A stretch of DNA of 64,000 bases from Anthoceros angustus (lineage: Eukaryota > Plantae > Anthocerotophyta), in the NCBI GenBank assembly GCA_010909165.1, contig VJWM01000118.1, forward strand, positions 124,001 to 188,000, in the 5' to 3' direction. This document shows, in pieces, positions 50,191 through 62,100 of the stretch. A program made the position numbers and the translations under genes. Positions within the stretch are counted from its first letter, which is position 1; each line of letters starts with the position of its first letter. The notes below the pieces were generated by a model that had not been told where the DNA came from, did not search any database, and saw nothing but the letters and a program-made list of their open reading frames with translations.

Positions 50191-51065
50191 GGCATAGTGC
50201 TCGTGGAACTCTTTGGAGGCATCGATCGCTTGAAGCGGTGCTAAAGTGTGGCATCAAAGTGCGAAGATACGTGCATTGTGACCCGGATCCAAAAGCAAGG
50301 ATTGTGTCACGAGCGTAAGAGACTTGATGGGGAGTACCTAACCTCCGACGTGGGAGTCGGTGAAGGGTTACCGGAAGGCGCCGATGGATGTTCGCATGAT
50401 AGGGTTGTCCCATTTGAGTTGTCTTGGGCTGGACCTTGTCATCGCAGTTGGGAGTGTCAAGGACTATCCTCTGCAGGCAAGGGTCAAGGTCAAGGATCCA
50501 CGAACAGCATTGTTCTATGACCTGAGGATCTTGCGCTTGATCCGAAAGGGCAAGAAAGGCCTTGTGGATACATGTTGGAGAATGTGCCAGCATGCATGAG
50601 CGTGAAGAAGCAAGTTCGGAGGACTTTGCCACGATCCGAGGAGTGTTGGGTCGAGCTTCTATTGGATGCAGCTCAATTTGGTTCGAGGGCTCATAGGTTG
50701 AGGTCCATGTGGACTAACCTTGCTCCCTTGGAACATTTGAAGTGTGCGAGGTCGTTCACCAAGCGACCTAATCATGTTGTCAAGGATGTGCTAGCATCGG
50801 AAGGCATGCCCAACAAGTCATCAAGAGACAAGCCGCACTTCCTGTGAACACGCTGGACACCCCATGGCGGCCAACCTTTGTGTCTAAGTCCAAGTCTTAC
50901 GCCGAACCATGGCCCGGCGTTGTGGTGACAGACATGGCGAGGCCTTGGGAGAGCCAACACCACAGAGAGGAGTTGGCCATGGGATTTGATCCGGAGCCAC
51001 GGACAGGAGTGACCGAGAAGGCAGTGTCGATTGCTTGGGCAAGCATTTGACGTGAACATGATGAC
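50191..51065 (+). CDS. DNMT3-like C5 cytosine methyltransferase domain in the retrotransposon polyprotein (frameshifted in this assembly)
   Basis: GIVLVELFGGI (I), LEAVLKCGIKVRRYVHCD (II), MDVR (III), DLVIA(G)WECQGLSSAG (IV), DPRTALF (V), YMLENVP (VI), LDAAQFGSRAHRLRSMWTNL (VIII), ELAMGF (IX), RLLGQAFDV (X), all in canonical order. Confidence 0.88.
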
Positions 51066-53234
51066 TGGTTGTTTAGCTGGGTCGCTTACCAACTTCGAAA
51101 CCAAGAAGGCGGGGTTGAAGCGGGTTCGGTGGGTGAAGGACATTCGCACTCGCATCTCAACAGGAGAAGGCGAGTTTGGAGGGCAAGGAGAGTACGTAGA
51201 GGAAGCGTGCAAGCCATCGAGCCACAACACATGAGTGGTTACAGGTCGAGTTGAAGAGCAATCAAGCGTCGGCTAAAGGAGTTGTTGGAGGCATCGCGAC
51301 ATGTGTTTGCTTTCACGCTTGCGGAGATGGGGAAGTACACCAAAGGGAAGTTCCACATAGAACTAATCAAGAATGAACCCGTGTTTGCAGGAGGCACAGC
51401 TCGATGAGGCAAGAAGAAAATGGCGAGCAAGCGGGAGAGTAGTCCACATGACAGGCCCATAAGGATGTCAAGACAAGCCTCCACTCATGGACAAGGTTCA
51501 TAACCTCGACATTCCGAAGGAGATTGGTTTTGTGCACAATGCGCTACATGAGGTGCGTGCGTGTGTAGTCCTACTAATGATAATGTTTTGACTTAGAGTC
51601 TCACATTATCAGGGGGGGATTGGTTGCACCTATATATCAGCGTATCCGATTTGTTTGCTTGGTTGTTGGTCGAGGAAGTGCTTATATGAATTCAAGTGCT
51701 TACCTCGTGCGACAACTGTCATGCGGTGTGATACTAATCTCTGCACTTGGGTTTAGTGTTTGATTAGCATTAATTAATCTAATTACTTATCTTTAAGTAA
51801 GTAATTAGTGGTAATTAATCTAAGATGCTTATGTTAATTAAGCATTGATTAGTGTTAATTAATCTAAGGCGTTTATGTTAATTAAGCATTTATTAGTGTT
51901 AATTAAACATGGTTAGCAATAGCTAAGTGGATAAGCTCAAGTAATATGCTTTGGCATATTCCTTGCATATTATAGTGTATTCTTAGGATACAATAGCTAA
52001 GTGGATAAGCTCAAGTAATATGCTTTGGCATATTCCTTGCATATTATAGTGTATTCTTAGGATATTTGGCATATCGATGCCAATAGGATATCTTAGGAAT
52101 ATGCCGATGCAGTCTAGTATATATAGACCCTTCCATTGAGGACAAGCTCGGATCATAGCTTGTCCTCTAGATATCTAATGCAAGGCGTTGTGAGGAGGCC
52201 AAAGCTATGACTCAGGAGGCGATGTGTGAGGAATTTGCGTGTTGTTCGTGGGGAGGTGTGTTTGTGCCACCGATGTGCGAGCTACTCCCTCCTGTTGTTA
52301 TTGGTTGCACCTATATATCTGCGTATTCGATTTGTTCGCTTGGTTGTTGGTCGAGGAAGTGCTTACATGAATTCAAGTGCTTACCTCGTGCGACAGCCCA
52401 CTCCTTGAAATTCATCCGGTTACGCGATAATGACTTAAGAAACTGGATCACGTTAGCCAGCTAGGAAGGAAGGGGCCGAAATTCTTCCGCAAGGAGGAGG
52501 TTGAAGAATTTTTTTCGCACCGTTCGTCGGGGGGGAGTACCACCATTCCATTGGGGAGAGAGAGGCCTAAGAACATACAATGTTGCTTGAGCCAAGTCAA
52601 GTGAGTAAGTACGACACGAATATCTTCCATACCAAGCTTACCTTCAAGCTTGGCTGCAAGCGGCTTGAGTTTAGCTAGGAGAATTTTTGGCAAGGTTTCT
52701 CTATATTCATTTCCAAGAAAGGTCCAGCAATCGAGCCCCGAGAAGGATGTAAAAGTCTAGGGAAAGCCTGAACTAAACTATCACACATGTTTCAAACTAC
52801 ATAGAACACTATTATAGTCGGAGAGTGCTAGTGTGCTACTACCTTGGCCGGCAGCTTGAGTGAAGAAAAACATCTCTAGCCCACAAAATTAGGCTATGGT
52901 TTAGGAGAGTGATGTTTTCTAATAAAACATAAGTGAACTTTTTTGTAATTATTATCTTTCAACTAAAAGAATCAAGTCTTTGAGTCTTTGAGTCTTCTCT
53001 CTTTTCACTTGGTATGAAAGCGATTCAGTGCTCACATTTTAGTGTGGGATGCTGTAAACTTCGATGTACAAGGAAAAGGGAAAACAGTGCCCGCCACGTG
53101 GCGCCTCCATGTCTTGTAAACGAAGGGATGCAAAATTAGAAAGTCGGGCCGCTTCCAACCACCCATCGTCCTCCTGAAAAGTAATGTCCTGTAAACCAAG
53201 GGATGCTGAATTAGAAAGCTGGCCTGCTTCCATC

Positions 53235-53329
53235 AGATGGAGGCTTATGTTATTCTATGTTCCTTACTAGATGACCTCATCATCCCTGGCCTTACAAGCA
53301 AGATAAGAGAATAACATAAGCCTCCATCT
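53235..53329. repeat. Perfect 22-bp inverted repeat enclosing 51 bp (MITE-like or hairpin)
   Basis: agatggaggcttatgttattct ... agaataacataagcctccatct. Confidence 0.8.
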
Positions 53330-53901
53330 CATATGTCGTTTGCAAATTGTAGTTGAGATCTTGCCATTTGAAACACGCTGACATGGCGTTCGATGGTGTC
53401 TGACTCCTTCATTGAAAGATTACGAAAAAACAATGCTCATAGCATCTTTAAATAAGTATGGTTTGAAAGATTGCGCAAAATATGCGAAGCTGCAGCAATA
53501 CTCATAGCATCCTGTGTGAGTCCACTAACCAATAGATCTTGTGCCTTCTTGTCCTTGGTATCTCAAGCAAGTTCAAGGTCAAGGTCGAAGTATGTAGTGG
53601 GCTCGGGAATTATTCCATTGACTACAATGTCCCACAAATCTCTTTGCAACAAAGCTCCTTTCATTCTTAGGGATCAAAGATCGATATAATCTTTTCCATT
53701 ACATCTTTGTTTTTTTTTCAAAGTTATCACTATAATTTTAACCACAGTGTTGTTAGTGCTATGATTTAGATGGATTACTCCATGGGGTAAAAGGAGCAGC
53801 GAACTTTTCGAGCCACTACAAGTGGTTTGTAAAATTGCCCCTTGCCTGGTAGACTCTGTTCTCTCTTACATACTCTTACATATTCTCTCTTCTCTCTTAC
53901 A

Positions 53902-54125
53902 TGATGAGAATCATTCTATTCCTTCAAGTATTATATTATGATTACAAAGCAATATGCAATGGAATGTTTGTGAGGGTGTTATGACCTCTTATAACCAATC
54001 ACCTAATTAAATAACCAATCCTAGCCCTAACAATTAAATAATATCTTAATCTATAACTTAATGCTAAGACTTTAATATGAAGAGTGCCCTAATTTAGATA
54101 GTGCACCTAATATGTTATTTCATCA
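53902..54125 (-). mobile_element. Isolated, diverged LTR of the same Copia family
   Basis: Reverse complement begins TGATGAAATA and ends GATTCTCATCA like the LTRs at 32989 and 15242; no matching TSD seen. Confidence 0.65.
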
Positions 54126-55129
54126 AGATTATGATCCACACACCACCGGATACAGCAGCCACTTGCAACAAGGTATGTTGTTAACACCCATGATTAGTTT
54201 TACATTAGCCCAGATGGTTACCTAGCTTCGCAAGAAACCTTTTCTGTCAACAGACATTGCATGGGTTTGTTCCCTAGCTTCCTGTAAGCGCTTAAAGATG
54301 GAGATGAGTTACTTTATGTATGGTGCGCTTGATCTGGTTGATAGCTTGAAGAATCACTCCAAATGTGAGTTCAATATCTAATTGCCTAGAAACGGTAAGC
54401 CTTCCTTGACATAAAGATGCATGTTAGGTGCAGGATTTTCCAAGGCTGTGCAGAAAAGACACGAAATTCCTTCTCTCACTGAAACATTCTTGTCCTTGTT
54501 GTCAATTTCTCCTACCTATATCTTGAGGAGGGGCATCCAATTATGGTGAGTATTGGTTATGCTATGATTGCAGTGTGGAGGTGCCTAATTTTCTAACGGA
54601 TTATTGCATAATTGTACTCTCACTCTTGATGCTTTTCAGGATCGGAGGACGATGGAATCACCCATATAAATTATAATTGTAACCAAACTTAACCTTTTTC
54701 AAATCAATAATCTTTTCTTCACCATCCCACCATTTTTCTAAGTTGGGTAACAAGCTACTACTTTTAAGCAGGGAGCGCAAGATCACCCATGTAAATAATA
54801 ATATTATAGATCTATTTTAGGAGATTCTATTTAGATCTCACCCATACTTGTTTTCATTTTGCAATCTCCCCCATGTTTTTTATGTGGGTTTGTCGGGCAA
54901 ATCATTTGACTCTTCGGAATGGCTTTGTTTCATTCGTCTTTGTGTTTTGTCACACTTGTATTTATGATTGTTGCGATTGAAGCACGTCCGCTATCATCTC
55001 AAACCAAGTGCACAAACAAGATTTAGTTTGTGCAACATGTCATGATGACCTAGATACGCAAACTTGTTTGTGCAACTGGGCGTAGACCCTTTGCCTCCAA
55101 TTTGCGCACCTATAAGCCTATATATACCT

Positions 55130-56124
55130 TAGGTCACTTATGCCCCATTAGCCAAATTAGCCACTTTTCAGATGACATTTGCCTTAACAGCCCAACACGA
55201 CCTTGAACTCCACATGACGGACGTAAAGACAACATACTTATATGGGCATTTATAAGAGGAAATATATATGAGACAACCAGAGGGTTACGAAGTAAAAGGC
55301 AAAGAAAATTGGTTGAACTTTAAGTATACATGTACAATTTGTCAAGAGAGGATTCAAGCAAAACAAGGCTGATGCTCGTACGTACATCCTTATGTTTCAA
55401 TATGACATATATTTTATCTTCTGCTCTTATGACATGTATTTTATCTTCTCCTCGTAGACAAGTTGTTGGCACTCTAATATATTTATGTTATTTTCCAAGA
55501 CCATATATATTTTTGAAGTAAACTCATGTTCACAATTCCTAGAGAATCTTGGGCGTAAATACTAGATGTCAGTGAAGCGCATATTCAAATACCTGAAAGG
55601 CACCATGCACACAAGACTGATGTCCAAGCATACACCAAGCATAGAGAAATTAACATTAACGGCATATATTGATGCTCGATTATGCTGGTGACCCTGACAC
55701 ACGCAAATCCATATCAGGTTACATACTACTCTTGAAAGGAGGTCCTATATCTTGGTGAAGAAAAAAACAACCAGCCATTGTTTCACGAAGCATGGAGTCT
55801 GAATATAGAGTACTAACCTCAATATCCAAAGATATAATTTGAGGTAGTCCAGTGTTGAGTGAACTTCAGCATTTCAAGCTAAGCCCACTCGTCTATATAG
55901 GGATAGTCAAGGGGGCTATAGCATTAGCCAGAAATCATATCTTTCATTCTAGAACTAGACAGATTGTTGTTGAATATCATTTTATAAAAGAAATGCTAGA
56001 AAATAAGACTAAAATCATTATTTACATACAAAATCTGAACAATACTGCAGATTTGATGACTAAATTCCTAGGTAGGAAATTACATAGTAAATATATGTTC
56101 GTTTTAGGGATAGTAGACACCTAA
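55130..56124 (+). mobile_element. Degraded Copia pol (RT/RNaseH) relic
   Basis: Colinear with 38640-39945; GAIALARNHIFHSRTRQI.VEYHFI.E..., ADLMTKFLG. Confidence 0.85.
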
Positions 56125-56172
56125 TCCAAACCCTCAAAAACAACTACCTAACACCTGCAATCAATGGGTAGG

Positions 56173-59100
56173 TGTCACAGGAGTGACCACTCAGAACCCT
56201 CGTGACACGGGCGTGGGCGAGGACCAGCTAAGTCCATGGTGCGGGGGCAGCAGACACCCCTCTTTTCACGTCCGAGCAGAGGCGGATCTCCAAGCAGCGG
56301 ACACACTCGGCCGCCTTAGATTCCGTAATAGGCCATATAACAGGATAATCACCCGTGGGTAAACCAGTATAAGTAAATAGCCGGTAGTTTAGTTTCAACC
56401 GTATTAGTTAGGAATACATTCTTGTCACTAGACCAGGGACCCCTATATGTACACATGATGCAAAGATCAACACGGCTTGTTCGGGCTCATTCGCAAGAGA
56501 TCGACATTCCGATCGAGGCTTGCGACATATCGAGCCTCGTTCCCGGCATCCGGATCCTTGCCGGCCAGAATCATGGGCTCAGGCCGAAGATGAGCGACAG
56601 TGTCCCGGAGAGGTGGAGATCACGAATCTCCAGCGAGGATGAACGACCCTCGAAGGATTGGTGGCCGAGTGCGCCGAGGTGGCGGCCGATCCCCTCCGCC
56701 GTGCTGCTGGCAGAGATCCGAGTCCTCGGGCGGGAGCTGCGGCAGACGAGAAGGACAAATCGAGACGGAACAAGATCGCCCTCCGGCGGCGCGCGAGCAG
56801 CGTGGCGAGCCTACCGGAGGAAGGTGGCGAGCACGCCGCGAGGCAGGATGGCGGATTATGCCACGAGATCTGCGCGGCGAGCGGCGCGCAAGCGGGAGAC
56901 GCCTCTCCCGCCAGCGGCGCGCAAACACCCGGCCACCCACCAATCGGACACGACCGATGAAGCGGCAAGAACCGGATCGGCGGATCGGCCACGAGGACCG
57001 CCGTTGGCAAGCGCACCTCGGAACTCGAAAGAACTGCGAGAAGGCGATTCCACAGCCGTCGAGGACACGGATCAGTTGTGACGGCTAAATCGGGTTGAAG
57101 CCCGTGGGAGGAGGTCGAGCCGCCTCGACGCCCGGCCGAGTGCTCGGGCCCTCGATCCGGCCCGTCCGGCACCGCACCACGCAAGCCATGTGCGGTCGGT
57201 CCCGGCGCTAACGGCCGAGGCTCGCTTGGCAACAATGTCGACATGCCGCATCGGTCGACCAGTGAGCGTGAGAGAAGGGGCATGGCGGTAATGACCCAAC
57301 CCGGAGTATGGGCGAGGATCACCTCCGGAAGTTGGTGGTCGAGCCGAGGAGAGGGGAGAACAAGGACATCAAAGCCCTTGTTCGCCGCAACTCCTCCGCT
57401 ATGAACACCGGGAGGCCCAAAAGGGCTTACCAAGACGGTGGAATCCATGGGGCGACCCCATCTTCAAGCCGGCTCGGTGGATAAGGAGCTCCAAAGGAAA
57501 ATCCGCACCACCATTCAACGGAAATGAGAAAGGCGCCCAAGTACATGGTGCTTGATAAGCTAGACAAGTACACGTGCCACCGGAAAAGGATGACCCGTGA
57601 TCCAATTTTGTGTGATGTCTCTCGGAAGGATACTACCTGGTGGGTGGAGGAGAAGCAGTCGAGTTGGGCATGGAGGCTCCAATCTACACAGCCCACGTTC
57701 CTGGTCTTCTTGGAGCACTTCACGATTAACCATCGGCGAATTATATCATCAATTACGGAAGATTCAAAGAAGCAATGTCAGAGTATTGTGACAAGTTTCT
57801 CAACTCACCTTGGATATGCCTCGCCTCGACGAGAAGATTGAAAAATTCATTGATGGACTCAAGCCCGACCTCAGCCGATGTCAACCAGACGAATCCGGAA
57901 CCGGTGGGCGCCATGAAGAGGCGCCATAACTATGGCGTTAATAAGTAAACAAGCGAGCAGCCAACCACAAGGCGAGATGGGGTCGGGCATCGATAAATCT
58001 TTGCAAAGAAACCCGTCTTCAAGATCGGAGGAGGAGAGGAAAAAGTATCATGAACGCCACATGTGCTTTACCTGCACCTCGACGGAGCACGGCTCCAAGA
58101 CCTGTCCTCACCGTCGCGACTTCATCAAGTGGCTAAAGGAGACCGGCCAGACCACACGCGCTCCCGCCTCCTTTGGCTCCAGCGTGAAGAGTGGCCACTC
58201 CGTCAAGATTGAAGAGATGACCGACACCACGAAATCGGTCGCAGCCTCCTCCAAGCTTTGCCAGTGCGGTCGGTCGAGATACATGACTGAACCATGTCCC
58301 CATCAAGCTGCAGTCAAGCGCAAGGTGTCACGCCACGGTGTTGGGCAATGATGCCGCCACCACTACATGACCCGTCACGGCCGCTCTCGGGCCGGGCTGC
58401 ACATACAAGACACGGGACATGAGTCCACGATGAATTCTGACTGCAGCCGGTAGGGATCGACAAGGAAGACACCTCGTGGTCACCTTCCGGCGGATATGAG
58501 GAAATTCTTTTGTTCACCGTCATGCCCAGCTGTGCCATGACCTCATTATCGGCAAAACCTGGCTCAGACACTCCGGTGAACATCGTGGGCAAACAACATC
58601 GTCGGGTTAGCCCACGCCGCCACGTCATGTCGAGACAAATGCGTGCGGACAAACACTGCTTGCGATCCTGCTCTAAATAAAGCCACGCCCAGGGCGGCTT
58701 CTGCAAGACTAAAGAAAGTCTTACCTTTGGAGGCACCCGAGTCCCGTGCAGCCAAGGCACAAGGACGAGGATGCCCCTAAGATGAAGGAACCTGCGGGGT
58801 ATCGATCTCTTCGCCGTGCCAGGCGCCACGCAGGCCATAGATCACGCCATCAGCTGATCCACGGCCACAAACAGTATCCCGCCCCTGGGACATCCGGAAA
58901 ATGAAGAGATAAAGCGGCAAGTTGAGTTCCTCCAACGGGGTTCGCTGAGCTTGATCTCACCTTTTGGCGCTCAGTCCTTACTGGGAAAGCCCGATGGCGG
59001 TTGGCGCCTGCACGCCGATTACAAGGGCCTCAATCGAGCCACAATAAATGTATATCGATGCCCCGGGTGGATGAGATCTCGGATCAAGCGCATGGAGCAA

Positions 59101-62100
59101 AATACTTCGATTGACTTACGCTCGGGCTTCCATCGATCCGCATCGGCGGGGGGCAAGTACAAGAAGACTTCGACACGGACACTTGAGTTTGTGGTCATGC
59201 CGTTGCCTCACAAACGCCGCCCGCCACCTTTCAATGTCTAATGCAGAACTCCTCCTTCTCGGCCATGGCGTTGAAGTTTTCGACGACATACTCATCCACA
59301 TCCCCGACCGCCACTACAAGTTGGTCGGACAAGTATTTGAGACACTCGTAACACACAAGCTATTCGCCAAAGTGTGTGTTTTTGACAGTCACGAATACCT
59401 CGGTCATATAATGGCGGCATCCGAGTGGATACCAGAAGATTCGGGCAATCTCCGAAGCGCGAGATCTCACCTCCGTGGGTTCCTAGGTATTTGGATTCTA
59501 CCGGAGGTTCGTCGAGACTTGACAAAGATTGCGCGCTCCCTATGCCCTCCGATCGCATCCAAGGAATTACAACTAGGTCGGGGGCAACAGCCTTCCTCAA
59601 ACTCAAGACCCTCACACGGCCCTTGCCGTGGTCGAGCCGAGAGGAGAGAACAAGGACATCAAAGCCCTTGTTCGCCGCGCAACTCCTCCGCTATGAACAC
59701 CGGGAGGCCCAAAAGGGCGTGGCTTACCAAGACTGTGGAATCCATGGGGAACCCCATCTTCAAGCCCCGGCTCACCGGATAAGGAGCTCCAAGGAAAATC
59801 CGCACCACCACATTCAACGAAATGAGAGAGCAAGACATGACCGGGTTTGATAAGCTAGACAAGTACCGAGTGCCACTAAAAGGATGACCAAGATCCAATT
59901 TTGTGTGATGTCTCTCGAAGGATACGCCACGGCAGGAGGCCGGGAGAAGCAGTCGAGTTGGGCATGGAGGCTCCAATCTACACCGCCCACGCCCGCCAGT
60001 CTTCTTGGAGCACTTCCCGCCGCTAACCATCGACGAGAATTATATCATCAATTCGAAGATTCAAGAAGAAGGCACAATACAGAGTATTGTGACAAGTTTC
60101 TCAACTCACCTTGGATATGCCTCGACGAAGAAATTGAAAAATTCATTGATGGACTCAAGCCCGACTCTCCGCTACGACGCCAACCGACGAATCCCGAACG
60201 TGGACGCTTATGAAGACGCCATAAACTATGGCAAGAACAAACAAAGGTAACGCAGCCCAACCCTCGCCAAGGCGAGATGGGGTCGCATCGCAATGCCGCA
60301 AAAAGAAACCTGCCTTCAAGATCCGACGGAGGAGGAGAGGAAAAGTATCATGAACGCCACATGTGCTTTACTCGCACTGACGAGCACGGCCCAAGACCGC
60401 CCTCACCGCCGCGACTTCATCAAGTGGCTAAAGGAGACCGCTGCACCACACGCCTCCTTGGCTCCGGGCAGAAGAGTGGCCATCTGGCCAAGATTGAAGA
60501 GGTGACCGACACCACGAAATCGGCCGCAGCCTCCTCCAAGCTTTGCCACTGTGCAATACATGTGACCAACCATGTCCCCATCAAACCGCAGTCAAGCAGG
60601 TGTCATGTATTGGTCTGGACAAGGCCACCACTACATGACCGTAAGGCCGCCTCGTGCCGACATACAAGACACGGGACATGAGTCCATGAGTTCCCGACAG
60701 CCGGATACGGAATACACAAGACCGCGCTGGTCACCTTCCTATGAGGAAATTTCCACCGTCATGCCCATGCCCGGTACATGACCTCATTATCGCAGAACTG
60801 GCTCGCCAAAGACTCCGCCACCAACATCGATCGGCAAACAATCGTTAGCCAAAGATCAAGACGTCATGTCGAGACAAGTACGTGCTTGACAAACACCGCT
60901 TGCCGCCTAAATAAAGCCACCGCCTGTGCACTTGCAGCAAGACTAAAGAAAGTCTTACCTTTGGAGGCACCCCGAGTCCTGCGGCCAAGGCAAGCACGAG
61001 GATGCCCTACCGCCGAGATGAAGGAACCGCCGCAGGAGTATGCGATCTCTTCGCCGTGCTGTCGCCACACGCAGGCCATAGATCACGCCAGCCGATCCTC
61101 GCCACAAACTCGTAGTATCCCCCCTACGTGACATCCGTAGGGAAAATGAAGAGATAAATGGCAAGTTGACGAAGTTCCTCCAACAGGGTTCGCCGAAGCC
61201 TCACCTTTTGCTTGGCGCCCTTCCGTGGGAAAGCCCGATGGCGGTTGGCGCTCGCATCGATTGGGCCTCAATCGAGCCATGCCGAAATGTATATCGATGC
61301 CCCGGTGGATGAGATATCGATCAATCCGCATGGAGCAAAATATCACAAAGATTGACTTACGCCAAAGCCCATCGATCCGCATCCGAGCAGGGACAGTACA
61401 AGATGCCTTTCGAACTCGACCCGACACTCGAGTTTGTGGTCATGCTCGCCTCACAAACGCGCCCGCCACCTTTCAATGTCTAATGCAGAACCCCTCCGCC
61501 TTCTGGCCATGGCTGAAGTTTTTCCGACGACATACTCATCCACACATCCGACCGACCCACTACATGTTGGTCGACAAGTATTTGAGACACTGTAACACAC
61601 AAGCTATTCCCGCCAAACGTGCAAGTGTGTGCAGAAAAGTACCGGCCATATAATCACGGCGACGCATCCGAGTGGATACTGTGAAGATTCGGCAATCTCC
61701 GACCGCCCAGATCTCACATGCCCGTGGGTTCCTAGGTATGGCTGATTCTACCGGAGGTTCGGCTGGCGACTTCAAGATCAAGGCCCCTCCGACAGATGCC
61801 CTCCGCCACCGCATCCAAGGAATTACAACTAGGTCAGACGGCAACAGCCTTCCTCAAACTCAAGATGCTCCCGCACGGCCCCGATTTGCCGTGGCCAACC
61901 CGCACTCACCTTATGTGATACACACAGATGAAATACTACGCCATTGGAGCGCTTCTTCCCAAGATGGCCGGGTTATCGATATGAATCAAAGAAGTCAAGG
62001 AGCAGTGAACTACCACGATAAAGAAATGTTCGCGATCGTCCCACGACCGAAACTCGAGGCACCACAAGACTTCACATGCCACACCATCATTCACTTCAAC

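Larger units (their letters stand above)
46434..52395 (+). mobile_element. Gypsy-type LTR retrotransposon: gag - protease - C5 DNA methyltransferase, with RT/RH/IN deleted
   Basis: Long direct repeats 46434-47000 and 51717-52296, termini TGTC...GACA, flanking GCCC duplication, gag with Cys/His knuckles (~47960-49040), protease VLIDT (49511), RT-start remnant 51262-51405, PPT AGGGGGGGA 51611-51619. Confidence 0.85.

Noticed and set aside
46434-52395. DIRS/Ngaro (tyrosine recombinase) classification suggested by split direct repeats
   Set aside because: An aspartic protease motif, PPT, apparent TSD and Gypsy-type RT homology are present, and no YR motif is seen.
56422-57448. Long GC-rich ORFs on both strands
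   Set aside because: They lie in the Gypsy LTR/leader; open frames are expected from high GC content.
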